Assembly: GCA_963844035.1 (NCBI GenBank)
Contig: CAWJMT010000005.1
Span: forward strand, 96,001 to 160,000
Direction of reading: 5' to 3'
Origin: an uncultured Gemmatimonadales bacterium
GTDB lineage: Bacteria > Gemmatimonadota > Gemmatimonadetes > Gemmatimonadales > GWC2-71-9
DNA: 64,000 nucleotides
In this document: positions 1 to 11,381 of the stretch, piece after piece
Position numbering within the stretch: position 1 is the first letter of the stretch
Layout of the letters: each line of letters starts with the position of its first letter
The notes under the pieces: model-generated
Told to the model about the DNA's origin: nothing
The model's input: the letters and a program-made list of their open reading frames with translations, nothing else
The model's database searches: none
Program-made: the position numbers and the translations under genes

Positions 1-16
1 TGATCGTCAGACGGGC

Positions 17-145
17 GCCCAAGAGCACGGTGGCTGATTGGACTGTCGTGGCTGCCCCGACCAAGGATGGTGAGCGGCCGCGTTGGAGCTCTGCTCGGCG
101 CCACGCCATCCACACCGCGCAGCTGCTATTCGACGTGCGTTAGGC
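17..145 (+). other. Degenerate integron attC-like site
   Basis: GCCCAAG (17-23, imperfect RYYYAAC) and GTTAGGC (139-145, GTTRRRY) bracket an imperfect palindrome (GGATGG...CCATCC, GAGC-TCT-GCTC); 129 bp long. Confidence 0.35.
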
Positions 146-240
146 GACCTGCCTAGTTGAACAGGTCGCTGTCCTCGAGGCTCGTGACATTGCCACGGGT
201 ACCGGTTTCGCGTCCGCACTCCAATGCCGCCAAGGGCGGA

Positions 241-323
241 CCAGAACGGTTGAAGACGGTCAAAGGTGGTCGAGGGCGCGAACCTACCGTCCTTGACCGT
301 CCTTGACCGTCCTTGACCGTCCT
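241..323. repeat. Inverted 10-bp tandem repeat (CAAGGACGGT-like / ACCGTCCTTG)
   Basis: Degenerate units at 241-276 face ~3.8 near-perfect ACCGTCCTTG units at 286-323; the right arm encodes the PolX C-terminus. Confidence 0.85.
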
Positions 324-2033
324 CTCTTCAATCCCTTCCGAAACTCCGCCAAAGGCCGCGTATTCAGGATGTCCACTGCCTCCAACCCTGCTCGGCGCGC
401 CAAGTCCACCGCGTAGCGCATGAACGACAGATTCCCCGGCTGGTGGCTGTCGGTCGACAGCACCAGTCGCACACCGTGTTGTTTCGCCGCTGTAGCCAAC
501 GTGTCGGGTAGGTCCATTCGCTCAGGGTGGCCGTTCAGCTCGAGCAGACAGCCTGTCTCGGCACAGGCGCGGGCCACCGCATCGAAGTCGAGGGGATAGG
601 GCTCGCGCTTTCCGAGCACCCGGCCGGTGGGATGCCCGATCGCATCCACCCAGCGGTGCCGGGCCGCGCCCACCAGGCGCCGCGTGAGCTCCGCTTGCGA
701 TTGCGTGATCCCGTAGTGAATCGTCGCCACGACGTAGTCCGCTTCCGCTAACACGTCGTCGGGGAGATCCATCTCGCCGTTCTCCAAGATGTCCATCTCG
801 ACGCTCTTCAGGATCGTGAGCCCATGGGCGGCGGCGTTCCACTCGTCGATCGCTCTTCCATTGTTCCCGCAGTCGCTTGGGATCGAGGCCCAACGCCATC
901 GTCACCCGTTTCGAGTGATCGGTGATGGCGATGTATTCGTAGTTGAGCGCCCGCGCCGCCTGGGCCATCTCGTCGATCGTTCCCTTGCCGTCGGTGGCCT
1001 TGGTGTGCATCTGCAGGTCCCCGCGGATGTCCTTCAGCTCGACCAGGGCGGGGAGGTGGTGCGCGCGGGCCAGGGCGATCTCTCCGCGGGCCTCGCGCAG
1101 CTCCGGCGGCATCAGATCGAGACCGAGCTTGGCGTAGATCTCCTGCTCGGTCTTTCCCGCCACGCGGCGTGCGCCCTTGAACAGACCGTACTCGTTCAGT
1201 TTGTATCCCTGATCCTGGGCGATCGTGCGCAGCTCGACGTTATGCGCCTTGGAGCCCGTGAAGTACTGCAGTGCCGCCCCGAACGCGGCCGGCTCCACGA
1301 CACGCAGATCCACCTGCAGCCCGCTGCGCAACTTTACCGTCGAGCGCGTCTTGCCTTGCGACTCCACCTCGGCCACGTCGCCGTACTCCACGAACCGGCG
1401 CATCACTTTGGCAGGGGTGCTCGTGGTCACGAGCACGTCGAGGTCGCCGATCGTCTCGCGCCGCCGGCGGAAACTTCCCGCCACCTCGATCTGTCGCACG
1501 CCGCCGCCCGCCTTCAGGTGCCCGACGATGGCCGCGGCCTGAATCTCCGCCTCGTTCAAGAGCATCCGCCGCTCGGTGACGTGCGCCTGGCTGAGCCCCG
1601 CGCGGACCTTGGCTTCCATTTTAGGGCCGAAGCCCTTGAGCTTGGCCACGCGTCCCTCGTCCAGCGCCTTCCCGAGGTCCGCGGCGGATTTGATCTTGAG
1701 TTTCGAGTAGAGCTGCTTGACGCGCTTCGGGCCCAGGCCGGGGATGCGCAACAGGTCCAGCAGGCCGGAGGGGAGTTTTGCGAGCAGCTGGGTGCGGAGC
1801 GGCAGCTCACCGGTGGTGACGAGCCCGCTGATTTTTTCCGCCAGGTCGTCCCCGATCCCGGGAATCTCGGTCAGGTCTCGGGCAGTACGCACCCAGTCAG
1901 CGATCGCGTCAGGGAAATCACGGACGGTGCGCGCCGCGTTGCGGTAGGCGCGGACGCGGAACGGGTTCTCGTCCTTGATCTCGAGCAGGTCGGCAACTTC
2001 GTCGAACAGCCGCGCGATGTCGGGGTTTTGCAT
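284..2033 (-). CDS. polX: DNA polymerase X / PHP exonuclease (frameshift near 850)
   Basis: ENPFRVRAY, HhH IPGIG, AGSFRRRRETIGDLD, LQYFTGSKAHN, PHP motifs DLQMHT, ITDHS, STDSH; ORFs 522..2033 and 284..796 joined. Confidence 0.92.
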
Positions 2034-2100
2034 GGGAGTAAAGATGGCGGGTAGCGTCGGGACAGGCGGGTCATCGTTCGCGCCCGGTGGTGCCGACCAC

Positions 2101-2129
2101 GCCCTCCCGCACCTCCCGCCCTCCCGCCA
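2101..2129. repeat. Short C-rich tandem repeat (GCCCTCCC x3)
   Basis: gccctccc-gcacctccc-gccctccc directly downstream of the cupredoxin gene. Confidence 0.5.
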
Positions 2130-2953
2130 CTACTCCACGTGATCTCCTGCACCATGCCGCGCGCCAGGTGCGACGTACCCCTGGCATCGGGAATGAAGCA
2201 CACGAGCAGGTACTTTCCCTGAGGGAGCGTGACGGTGAACGTGGCGCTCTTGCCGGCATCGAGCGCCACGATACCCCCCAGGGGCCGCCCGGGCAGCGGA
2301 CCCGGCATCAGGTGCGACGTCCATGCGAGCAGGTCGTGCACACCTTTGCCAGGCGCAGGCGCGAGAATCATGATCTCGTGCACCTCGGGGCCTTGGTTGG
2401 CGACGTAGATCGTGTGCGTGCCGGCGCTCAGTGGGTGCGCGACATCGAAAGTGAAGTCCGCAAGGGTGATGGTGTCATCCCCGGCGACGGTCACAGGAGC
2501 GGTTGGTGCCGGCTCGCGTACCACCATCATCCGGATCATTCCCTTCTCGAGGTGCATCGTTCCGTCTGGGCTCGGCAGGAAACACACAAGCGCATAGGTG
2601 CCGGGCGTGAGGACCTGCGTCGAGGTTGCCGTATCACCCGAGCCCACGGCGTTCGGGCCGCCGACGAACGCCATCCAGCGCGGCGGGACGCTGCTCTCGA
2701 GCCCCGCCGCAATCTCCGTCGTCGTTCTCCGGCCTTCGATCCGAACCACACCGGCCTGGTGCGGCTCGCGCCCTGCGTTGGCGAGGCGCAGGGTCACGAG
2801 GCCCGATGGGATCGTGTCCGGGACGTCAAACGCGTACTCGGTGGCCGTAATCAGGGTGGACCGCGCCTCGGTTGCCTCGTGGCGTTTCTCCGGTGTGCAC
2901 GCCGGCGCGAGACCCAGGATGAGGGCGACTGTGGGAAGCCAGGGTGAGCGCAT
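2130..2953 (-). CDS. Tandem cupredoxin-domain lipoprotein (two type-1 Cu-like sites)
   Basis: Signal peptide ending LAPAC; two repeats of H...CF(L/I)P-x(6-7)-H-x4-M (CFLPSPDGTMHLEKGM, CFIPDARGTSHLARGM); restoring one G gives ...QEITVE-TAG at 2130. Confidence 0.7.
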
Positions 2954-3222
2954 AGGCGCGAAATGTCTGTTGTCTCGAGGCTTGGGGCTAGGGTGGCATG
3001 TGAGGCGCATCACGCCGCGTTTCGACCCTCCACTACTTCATTGGGTGTAGCCGTTTCAGTGGGTGTTGCGCGCCTGCTACAGGTCTGAGCCCTCAGGCGC
3101 CCGGATTTTCCTTCGGTTCGTACTGCTTCGGGGCATAGGAGTTGCGCCCGGGCGTGCAGGAAAGCGCCCGGCGCCTCGGGGCCATGGCCCGAGGAAACCC
3201 CACAAGCGGAGTCGCGCATCTC

Positions 3223-3829
3223 ATGTTCACGGTCCTGCAGCGGTATCGGGTGAGGCTTGGTACTGTCGCTGACGCAGCGGCGCGCGCGGAAGAGTCACTC
3301 GTGCCACGCCTCAAGGAAGCGGACGGGTTCGTCGCCTACCAGTTCCTTCATACGGGTGACGGCACCGTTGCCGCGCTGGCACAGTTTGAGACTAAGCCCG
3401 CGGCGGATGCCGCAGCCCGCCTCCTCACGGAGTGGTTCCGGAGCGACTGGCCGGCGTTCCGTCTCATGGCGCCCGACCTGAGCGTCGCCGAATCGCTCAC
3501 GAGCGAGCAGGCAAACGGACGGCACCAGAGTGCCGGCGTGGCACTTCCGGCGAGCGGCGATGACGGGCAAGTGGTACCGTTTACGGACGGAATCACGGAG
3601 CAGGCGAGCCGGACCGCGGGTCGCCCGCGACCGGCGCCGCATCGGGGAACGTCGGCTCCTGGTCGCCGCGCGGGTACCGGAGCGGCGTTCGGGGATCGAT
3701 CGCCGTGACAGCGATGAGGTCGCCTCGGATCCGAGCAGGGCGGGTGGCGGAGACCCCGGAAGCGGGTCGCGATGCCCGAGCGCCGTCGCATCGCTCCGGC
3801 CTGGAGCCAGCGCGAGACGCTGCACGTAG
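3223..3829 (+). CDS. ABM-like (dimeric alpha-beta barrel) domain protein with C-terminal (D/E)RR repeats (frameshifted)
   Basis: MFTVLQRYRV...VPRLKEADGFVAY resembles ABM-type proteins; downstream frame has DRR, ERR, ERRSGIDRR. 3' end uncertain. Confidence 0.5.
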
Positions 3830-3853
3830 GGTAGCCCTTAGGAAGGGAGGACC

Positions 3854-4189
3854 ATGGAAGTACGTCCGTGGGCGCGAGTCGTCGGGGACGTCAACGTCAG
3901 AGTGCGCCGCGGGGCCTGGTACGAGGTGATCCGTCTGACACAGGAGGCGGCGCTCCTGGAGGTGAATCGTCAGACGCTCAACGTGCCCCGGTCGGCGGTC
4001 CAGGTCCAGACGGTGCGGCCGCGCGAGTGGTCCATCGTGGCCCGTCCCCACGACGCCGTGGACATTCCTGTCAGCTGGGGTTCCCAGTACGCGGTCTGTC
4101 CACGTTGCAGCATCCGGGCGTCCCTCAGGGACCAGCGCGTCACGATGAAGTGCCCGGGGTGCCAGGGGGTGTTTTCGATCCGCTTGTAG
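3854..4189 (+). CDS. Hypothetical protein with C-terminal Zn ribbon (paralog of 8402-8758)
   Basis: GGAGG RBS; WARV...RRGAWY...CPRC...CPGC; conserved with second copy in the window. Confidence 0.85.
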   Translation: MEVRPWARVVGDVNVRVRRGAWYEVIRLTQEAALLEVNRQTLNVPRSAVQVQTVRPREWSIVARPHDAVDIPVSWGSQYAVCPRCSIRASLRDQRVTMKCPGCQGVFSIRL

Positions 4190-4230
4190 GCGCGTGAAAC
4201 TCCGACAGCTGGGTCCGCGTAGTCGGCGGC

Positions 4231-4440
4231 ATGACACCGCTCACCGTTCAACTCCGGCCGCAACGGCTGGACAGAGGCTGGACTCAGGAGGAGTTGGCCC
4301 GGCGCTCCGGAGTTGATCAGAGCACCATCTCGCGCATCGAGAACGGCCTGACCCGTGGCGTGGGGTTGGGCATCGTGGAACGCCTCGCCGATGCCTTGGG
4401 TCTCAATCCGCGGTCCCTGCTGACTCCCGCCGACCAGTAG
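4231..4440 (+). CDS. XRE-family HTH transcriptional regulator
   Basis: RGWTQEELARRSGVDQSTISRIENG...LADALGL; 69 aa, single domain. Confidence 0.9.
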   Translation: MTPLTVQLRPQRLDRGWTQEELARRSGVDQSTISRIENGLTRGVGLGIVERLADALGLNPRSLLTPADQ

Positions 4441-4535
4441 CCCTTTGATTTATTGGTATTCCCAAGCTAGCTCGCAGGCGTCCGAGGCTCCCGCCAACAC
4501 CCCTCCGAACGTAAGTTGAACTCCGGTGTATTTTT

Positions 4536-4608
<73 letters not shown>

Positions 4609-4684
4609 TCCGCGCCATGGACCGAGGCCGCACCCAGAACGGTGCTTGGATCGTATCGACAGGGCATTTTTGGGGAGGCACGAC

Positions 4685-5128
4685 ATGAAGTTCGGCGTTC
4701 TGTTTCTTCTTGCGGTTCCTGCAGTGATCGCCTGCGATACGACCACGGACACGGGCGACTTCGTGGGCACACCGTCGATCAGAATCGCAGGCACTTGGGC
4801 CTACAATTTCAATCGTGTACGACGCCGACAGCTCGGCGTACTGCACTGACGTCCGGGAATGTCATGCTCAGCCAGACCCAGAACGGTGACCAATTCACCG
4901 GCGGAGTGTCCGGCGTCTTCAACTGCATCGAAAACGGCTACCCGGGCGAGGAGCCTGACCGCGCTCGTGCCTGTTACGGCCGGGGAGCTCGCGGGTACAT
5001 CGGTCCGGTTCATCGCGTTCGGCTGCATTCACCTGGGGGCGGTCAACGGCTACTCCCGCGAACCATTTCACCGGGACCCTGAACTGCACCTTCCCGCTCA
5101 CGGAGTTCGGCCCCACGCGCCCGATTAG
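4685..5128 (+). CDS. Hypothetical lipoprotein (multiple frameshifts)
   Basis: GGAGG RBS; MKFGVLFLLAVPAVIAC lipobox; IAGTWAY motif; continuation in other frames, end approximate. Confidence 0.55.
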
Positions 5129-5290
5129 CGGGACGTGGGAAGCAACCCGCTAGAGCACGGTACGCTATCTTAGGCGCATGCCTGACCGGCGTGCGCTTGT
5201 TCGTCGCGACCAAACGCATCACCCATCCTGACCACGGGCTGCTTCCAGCCGTTCGACGAGTTTCGGGTGAACCCCCCACGTTAGCGCCGC

Positions 5291-8200
5291 GTGCGTTCTA
5301 GGGCCGCGCTCGCCTTTAGCATCGTTTTCTTCCTGTCCGGCGTCACCGGGCTCGTCTACGAGTTGCTCTGGGTCCGGCTCCTCTATCAGGCATTTGGCTC
5401 CACCATTCAGTCGGTGACGACCGTCGTGGCTGCCTACATGGGCGGCCTCGGACTGGGCGCCTGGCTGCTGGGCCGATACGCCGACCGCCACCCGAAGCCG
5501 GCGTGCGCTCTATGGCTGGCTCGAAATCGCCATCGGCCTGTTCGGGATCGTGTCTCCGCTCGTCCTTGACCCTCGCGCACCGGGTCTATGTCGCCACCGC
5601 GGGCGCGCTGGCGCTGGACGGCGCCCCGAGCCTGGCCCTGCGGTTCTTCCTGGCGGCGATCGTGCTGCTCATCCCCACGACGCTGATGGGGGGGACGCTC
5701 CCGGCGCTCACCCGCGCCTTTATGGGCGTCGAGCGCGATCGCCTCAAATCCTCCGTCAGCCGCCTGTACGGCCTCAACACGCTCGGCGCCATGGTCGGCA
5801 CCGCACTCGCCGGATTCTTTCTCATCGAGCATGTGGGGATTCGCGCGTCGCTCTGGGGCACCGCCACCGTCAACGTGGTGCTCGGGGTGGCGGCGCTCGC
5901 GGCTGGCCCGTCACTCCGAGCCGAGCTGTCCGCCCGCCCGCCCCGGTCGGGCCGCGCGGCGCGGGGCACATACGGACCGTCGCGCTCGCTCTCCTCGCCG
6001 TCACGGCGTTTGCGTCCCTGCTCAACGAAATCGCCTGGACCCGCGTGCTCGTGATGATGGTCGGCGCCTCGACGTACGCGTTTACCCTTGTGCTGCTCGT
6101 CTTCTTGCTCGGGATTGGTCTGGGGAGCGCGCTGGTCGGCAGATGGGGTGCCGCGCGGCCCGCCACCTTGGTCGACGCCGCCCTGGCTCAGGGCATTACC
6201 GGCGCAGGAGCCGCGTTACTGCTGATCTTTTTCAACGCGCTCCCCCTGTATGTCATGGCTGTATTTCAGCATCACGAATTCGGAGCGATTACCCGCCTTC
6301 TCCTTTTGGGTGTGGCCGTCGGAGGGGTAATCCTGGTCCCGGCGATCGGCATGGGCCTCACGTTTCCACTGCTCACTGATCTCGCTGCCCCGCCCGATAC
6401 GGCGCGCGGTGCCGATGTGGGTCGCGCCTACGCACTCAACACCCTGGGCAGCATCGCTGGCGCCGTGCTCACGGGTTTCGTCCTCGTGGTGGTGCTCGGC
6501 AGCAAGACGACGTTGCGCGTCGGACTGGTGATCAACGGCGCTGCCGCGCTCACGCTCGCCGCGCTCGCCGCTGGAGGCGTCGCGGCGGGGTCGGTGGGGT
6601 ACCGGGGGCTGCGGCGCCGGGTGGTTGCCGCGGGCGCGCTCGCGAGCGTGGCACTCGGAGTCGCGATCGGCGCGCCGGGATGGAGCACGCGCCTGATCGA
6701 CCTGGCACCCACCATCTACGCGCGTCAGGAGATGGATGCCGCGGCCCGCCGCGCGTTCATCGCGCATCGGGGTCAGCGCCAGATCGCCTTCCGTGAGGGC
6801 TGGAATGCGACCGTGAGTGTGTGGGATGGGGTGAACGGGCGCACGCTGCGCGTGAACGGCAAGGTGGACGCATCGGACGGCCCGGACATGAACACCCAGA
6901 TCATGCTGGGGCTCGCGCCTGCGGCGGCGCGGCCGGACGCAGCGTCCGCTCTGGTGATCGGATTCGGGAGCGGGGTCACGACGCGGGTCCTCGCGGATGT
7001 CCCCGGGATGAAGCGGGTGCGCGTCGTGGAGATCGAGCCCGCCGTGCTCGCCATGCGGGGGTTGTTCGCGAGAGTGAACGACTCGGTGCTCGAACGCCCG
7101 AACGTTGCCGCTGTCGTGGACGACGCGCGCAGCGCGCTGCAGCTCTCGGGACGACCGGTTTGATGTCATCGTTTCCGAGCCATCCAACCCGTGGGTCGCG
7201 GGCGTCGCGACGCTCTATACGCCCGAGTTCTTCAAGATTGTCCGATCGCGGCTCGCCGAGGGCGGGGTGTTCGGCCAGTGGGTCCAGCTGTACCAACTTC
7301 CCCTGCCGGTGGTGGCCGGCGTGGTGCGCAACATCCGCACGGTATTTCCGCATGTGGAAGTGTGGTTTTCCAGTACGCTCGACATCATTGTCCTGGCCTC
7401 GGACCACCCCCTGCGCTACGAGCGTCCCTGGCTCGCGCGTCTCATCGGGCCGGGCACGAGCATCGGCGCGCTGGGCCGGGAGTGGTTGGGCATCGATTCG
7501 GTAGGCGATCACTTTGGCCGCCGGCTGTTGGGAGAGGCCGGCGTGGCACGCCTGGCCGAGCGGGGCGTGCTGGTCCATCGCGACGACCGTCCCCAGCTCG
7601 AGTTCGTCGCGGCCCGGCGATTTCTGGATCCGGATTGGGATGCTCACGTGTTCGACTCGCTCGTTGCTGTTGGAGACCGCGCGGGCGACACACCCGGGAC
7701 GTCTCCCGTGCTGCTGGCGCGGGCGATGACCGTGTCCCGGGTCTCGTCTATCGAGATGGCGATCCTGGAAGGAGCCCATCGCGCGCGGCCCGACGACCCA
7801 GTGTGGACCATACGTCTCGCCGCGGCGAAGTTCGCTTTCGGCGATACAGCGTTCGCGGACAGCGTGGTGCCCGCTCTCCTGGCGCACGCGCGACATCCGG
7901 AGGTGTTGTTGTTCGCCGCCGGCCTGGCGGATCGCAGGGGTGACCCTGTCCGACGCGGTGCCCTGCTCGAAGAGGTCCTCGCGCGCGGTGGCGATACCGC
8001 GATGGCGTTGGCCAGCTTGGCAGGTCCAGCCGCCCGCGCCGGCCGGTGGGAGGAAGTGGGCGAACACCTGCGGGTTGCCTTCGCAGTGGCCCGCGGGAGC
8101 TACCGCCATCCATTTCCCGCGACTCAGCTGCGAGAAGCACTCGCGCAACTGGCGGTGAAGGGGCCGGTTGCCATGGCCGACAGCGTGCTGGTGATCGCGC

Positions 8201-8388
8201 ACGACTCGCGCCCGGGGTGGGCGCCGATCTACGGATTGCGCGCTGTGGTGGCGCTACGCTCCGGCCGCTGCGACGTCGCCGCCGCTCAGTTCGAGGAGTT
8301 GTCGGAGTTCGGAATCGAGCCGGCCGACGTACAGCGCCAGCTCATGAAGTGTCGTCGTGGGGAAAAGGTCAGGGCCGAGGGACCCTAG
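5291..8388 (+). CDS. Fused MFS-like membrane / spermidine synthase family protein with helical C-terminal extension (frameshifted)
   Basis: LSGVTGLVYELLWVR, LYGLNTLGA, LVIGFGSGVT, VVEIEPAV, FDVIVSEPSNPW across ORFs 5291, 5503, 5550, 7105. Confidence 0.85.
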
Positions 8389-8401
8389 CCTTGGGCGTCG
8401 C

Positions 8402-8758
8402 TTATTTGCGGCCCAGGTATTTCTCGTCCCAGGCGACCGGGAACAATCCTTCACACTGATGGCACCCCATCATCGGCGGGGATCCCTCGAGCGACTCGCG
8501 ATGCCCGCAGTTCGGGCACGTTCCGTATACCGCGCCCCAACTCTCGGGGAGGTGCTTTGCTTGCAGCGGTCGCGGCACCACCGTCCAGCGCATTGGTCGC
8601 TCTTCGGTGATCTCGACGTCGGAGAGCGGGAGTCCCACCGGCGACCAGAGAATGTCGACCAGCACTTCGTTGGACTGAAACTCACTCACCCGATACCACG
8701 CACCGCGGCGCAGCGGGTAGGGACCGTCGGTCTTCACACGAGCCCAGTACTGTTCCAT
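8402..8758 (-). CDS. Hypothetical protein with C-terminal Zn ribbon (paralog of 3854-4189)
   Basis: GGAGG RBS; MEQYWARV...RRGAWY...SWG.VYGTCPNC...CHQC. Confidence 0.85.
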   Translation of the reverse strand: MEQYWARVKTDGPYPLRRGAWYRVSEFQSNEVLVDILWSPVGLPLSDVEITEERPMRWTVVPRPLQAKHLPESWGAVYGTCPNCGHRESLEGSPPMMGCHQCEGLFPVAWDEKYLGRK

Positions 8759-8831
8759 GGTGATTCCCTCCGATCCTCGATAGCGGTGTGCGTCGAGTGC
8801 GTCGACCGGGACCCAATATAGGGGCTGCCCG

Positions 8832-9599
8832 CTAGCGCGTCGCCGGTAGCCTCTGCAGCGTCGCGAGGTCGAGCATCGTCGCGCCATTCAGGAGCGATCC
8901 CGCGAGCGCGTGGCACGCCAGGCCGGGGTCGCCGAGGTGGTCGAGCACGAGCGCCGCGCCCCGGAAGTCGTGGGCGCGGGTGTAGTCGTTCACGGTGACC
9001 ACCGTCGTGACGCCGGCGGCCGAGGGCCGACCGCAGCCCGTTTTCCGAGTCCTCGAAAGCGACGCATGCGCTGGCAGGGAGACCGAGCTGTTCGAGCGTG
9101 TACACGTAGATGTCGGGCGCGGGCTTCTTCGCGGGCACGACATCGCCCGCGGCGATGACGTCGAACCATCCGGCGGCGTCTGGCGCGAGCGCGTGGTGGA
9201 GCAGGGCGTCTACGTTTTCCGGAGTCGTCGTCGTGGCGATCGCCAGGCGGACCCCCGCGTGCCGCGCTTCATCGAGCAGGCGTCGCACGCCGGGCCGCAG
9301 CGGGATACCGGCCTCGGCCACGAGCGCTGTGAAGTGACGGGTCTTTTCCGCGTGCAGCCGGGCGACCAGCGCCTCGAAGTCCGCTGGCGGGCGATAGTCG
9401 GGGCGGTAGCGCTCGACGTAATGCCGGATTCGCTCCTTGCCGCCGGTCACGGCCAGGAGGTCGCCGTACAGGGGGACGTCCCACACCCAGTCCAGACCGG
9501 CTTCGACGAACGCCCGGTTGAACGCTACACGATGCCCGTCGCGCTCGGTGTCGGCCAGCGTGCCGTCAACGTCGAAAAGCAGAGCTTGGGGGAGAGGGA
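8832..9599 (-). CDS. cbbY: CbbY-like HAD-IA hydrolase (frameshifted; start codon unclear)
   Basis: LLFDVDGTLADTERDGHRVAFNRAF, LLAVTGGKER, IATTTTPENV, KKPAPDIY, AFEDSENG. Confidence 0.82.
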
Positions 9600-10038
9600 C
9601 TACTTCGAATCCTCGTTGGCCGCCCGCGTGGCGGCGTCAACCGCGCGGTACACGTCGTCGACGTGGAGCGGAGGGCTCAAGACCCCGGACGCCCCGGCCT
9701 CGAGGGCCGCCAGGCGCTGGTCCGCCGTGGGTGGGTCGTCGCTCACCGTGATGATCGGCGTGCGCGGTGCGACCAGTGGATCGTCCCGCAGCGCGCGACA
9801 TAGACTCCAAGTCGTCGATGTCGGTCAGTGTGGTATCGAGCACGATCAGATCCGGATGGCTCACCCGTGCTTGCTTCCGGGTTGCTTCGCCGGTGTGGGC
9901 GAGCAGCACTTCGTACCCCTTCGCTTGCAGCAGGCTGCCGAGTGCGCGGCTGGACCACTCTTGCGCGCTCCCGATGAGGGCGATCGGATGATGGATCGGT
10001 GCTGCGGATTCGGTCCCACGGCTGTTCCGTGTTCCCAT
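9600..10038 (-). CDS. Atypical single-domain response regulator (frameshifted)
   Basis: KGYEVLLAHTG...PDLIVLD...TPII...AALEAGASG; lacks N-terminal acidic pair and conserved Lys. Confidence 0.65.
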
Positions 10039-10325
10039 GCGGTGAAGCTCCACTCTAGGGCTGGGCGACTTGCGTCACGGGCGATGGCGCTCGTGCGCCA
10101 CCTATGACTGCACAAAGTATACATAAGTCAAGCTTCGTGCAGTCCCCCGGCCGAATTTGGGGGCGGACGCCCGGCCCGGAGCGTGGTGACGGCGGTCACG
10201 CCTCGACCCCGGCCGCGCCGATTGGCACGTAACGTCCTTCTCCGGGCTCGCGGGAAATGGCGTAGTTGCGCCGTCATCTCGCCCACACTTCACCAAACCC
10301 TGACCCTGGCGCATCTTTCACTCCC

Positions 10326-11189
10326 ATGCCTACCACCATCTGGATCGACGGGCAGTATCACGACAAGGCGAGCGCCAAGGTCTCGGTGTTCGACCACGGA
10401 CTGCTTTACGGGGACGGCGTTTTCGAAGGGATCCGCATCTATAGCGGGCGCATCTTTCGCCTCGACAAGCATCTCGATCGTCTGTACGACTCGGCGAAGG
10501 GGGCGTGGATCGAGATCCCCCTGGCTCGCAAGGCCATGGCCAAGATGATGGAGGAAGCGGTCGCCAAGAGTGGGTTCGTAGACGGGTACATCCGGTTGAT
10601 CGTGACGCGCGGCATTGGTGACTTGGGCCTCGATCCCCGGAAGTGCCCCAAGCCGACCGTGATCTGCATCGTGGATGAGATCGCGCTCTATCCCAGCGAT
10701 CGCTATGAAAAGGGTCTCACGGCTGTCTCAGCGGCGACGCCGATCCATCACCGCGAGAGCGTGTCGCCGCGCATCAAGTCGCTCAACTACCTGGCGCATA
10801 TTCTCGCGAAGGTGGAAGGGATCGCTGCCGGCGTGGACGAAGTGGTCATGCTCGACCCGGCCGGTTTCGTCACCGAGGCGAGCGGTGAGAACATCTTTGT
10901 GGTGAAGGACGGCGTCGTGAAGACCCCACCCGTCTACAGCGGTATTCTGCTCGGTGTGACGCGCGAGGCGGTGCTGGAGCTGGCGCGCGAGGCGACCTAC
11001 GGGGTCGAAGAGGTCCCCATGAGCCGCTACGATCTCTACACCGCCGACGAGGTGTTCCTTACCGGTACCGCCGCCGAGGTCATCGGAATGACCAAGCTCG
11101 ACGCGCGGACCATCGGCGCCGGCGTGCCGGGCCCCGTGACCAAGGAGCTCGCCAAGCGCTTCAAGGCGCTTGCCACTCGGGGTGACTGA
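10326..11189 (+). CDS. ilvE: Branched-chain amino acid aminotransferase
   Basis: VSVFDHGLLYGDGVFEGIR, KSLNYL, EASGENIF, ADEVFLTGTAAE. Confidence 0.95.
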   Translation: MPTTIWIDGQYHDKASAKVSVFDHGLLYGDGVFEGIRIYSGRIFRLDKHLDRLYDSAKGAWIEIPLARKAMAKMMEEAVAKSGFVDGYIRLIVTRGIGDLGLDPRKCPKPTVICIVDEIALYPSDRYEKGLTAVSAATPIHHRESVSPRIKSLNYLAHILAKVEGIAAGVDEVVMLDPAGFVTEASGENIFVVKDGVVKTPPVYSGILLGVTREAVLELAREATYGVEEVPMSRYDLYTADEVFLTGTAAEVIGMTKLDARTIGAGVPGPVTKELAKRFKALATRGD

Positions 11190-11381
11190 CTAGCCCCAGT
11201 ACCCCCCGCCCCCCCCGCCCCCCCATCGGTGATGATTCGCACCGACGCCTGAGGGGTATATCCCCATATTGTTGCAGCGGCGTTCTCGGGTTCCCTACCA
11301 TCCCGGCGTCACTCGATTCAACGTTTCAGGCGTCCAACTATTGACCTGACTTCGGGTTAGGACACATATTGGCGCCGGTCT

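Noticed and set aside
2994..3008. Sigma54 promoter TGGCATG-N4-GCGC
   Set aside because: Poor -12 element and over 200 nt from the next start.
4438..4470. Possible att remnant (reverse strand ends GGGAATACCA) near tRNA-Lys
   Set aside because: No T-arm, no match to either tRNA in the window, no integrase.
5205..5290. Second attC-like site
   Set aside because: Both core sites deviate (ACCAAAC, GTTAGCG) and pairing is weak.
11192..11225. C-rich tract (possible G-quadruplex on the minus strand)
   Set aside because: Low complexity and homopolymer-error prone; no functional evidence.
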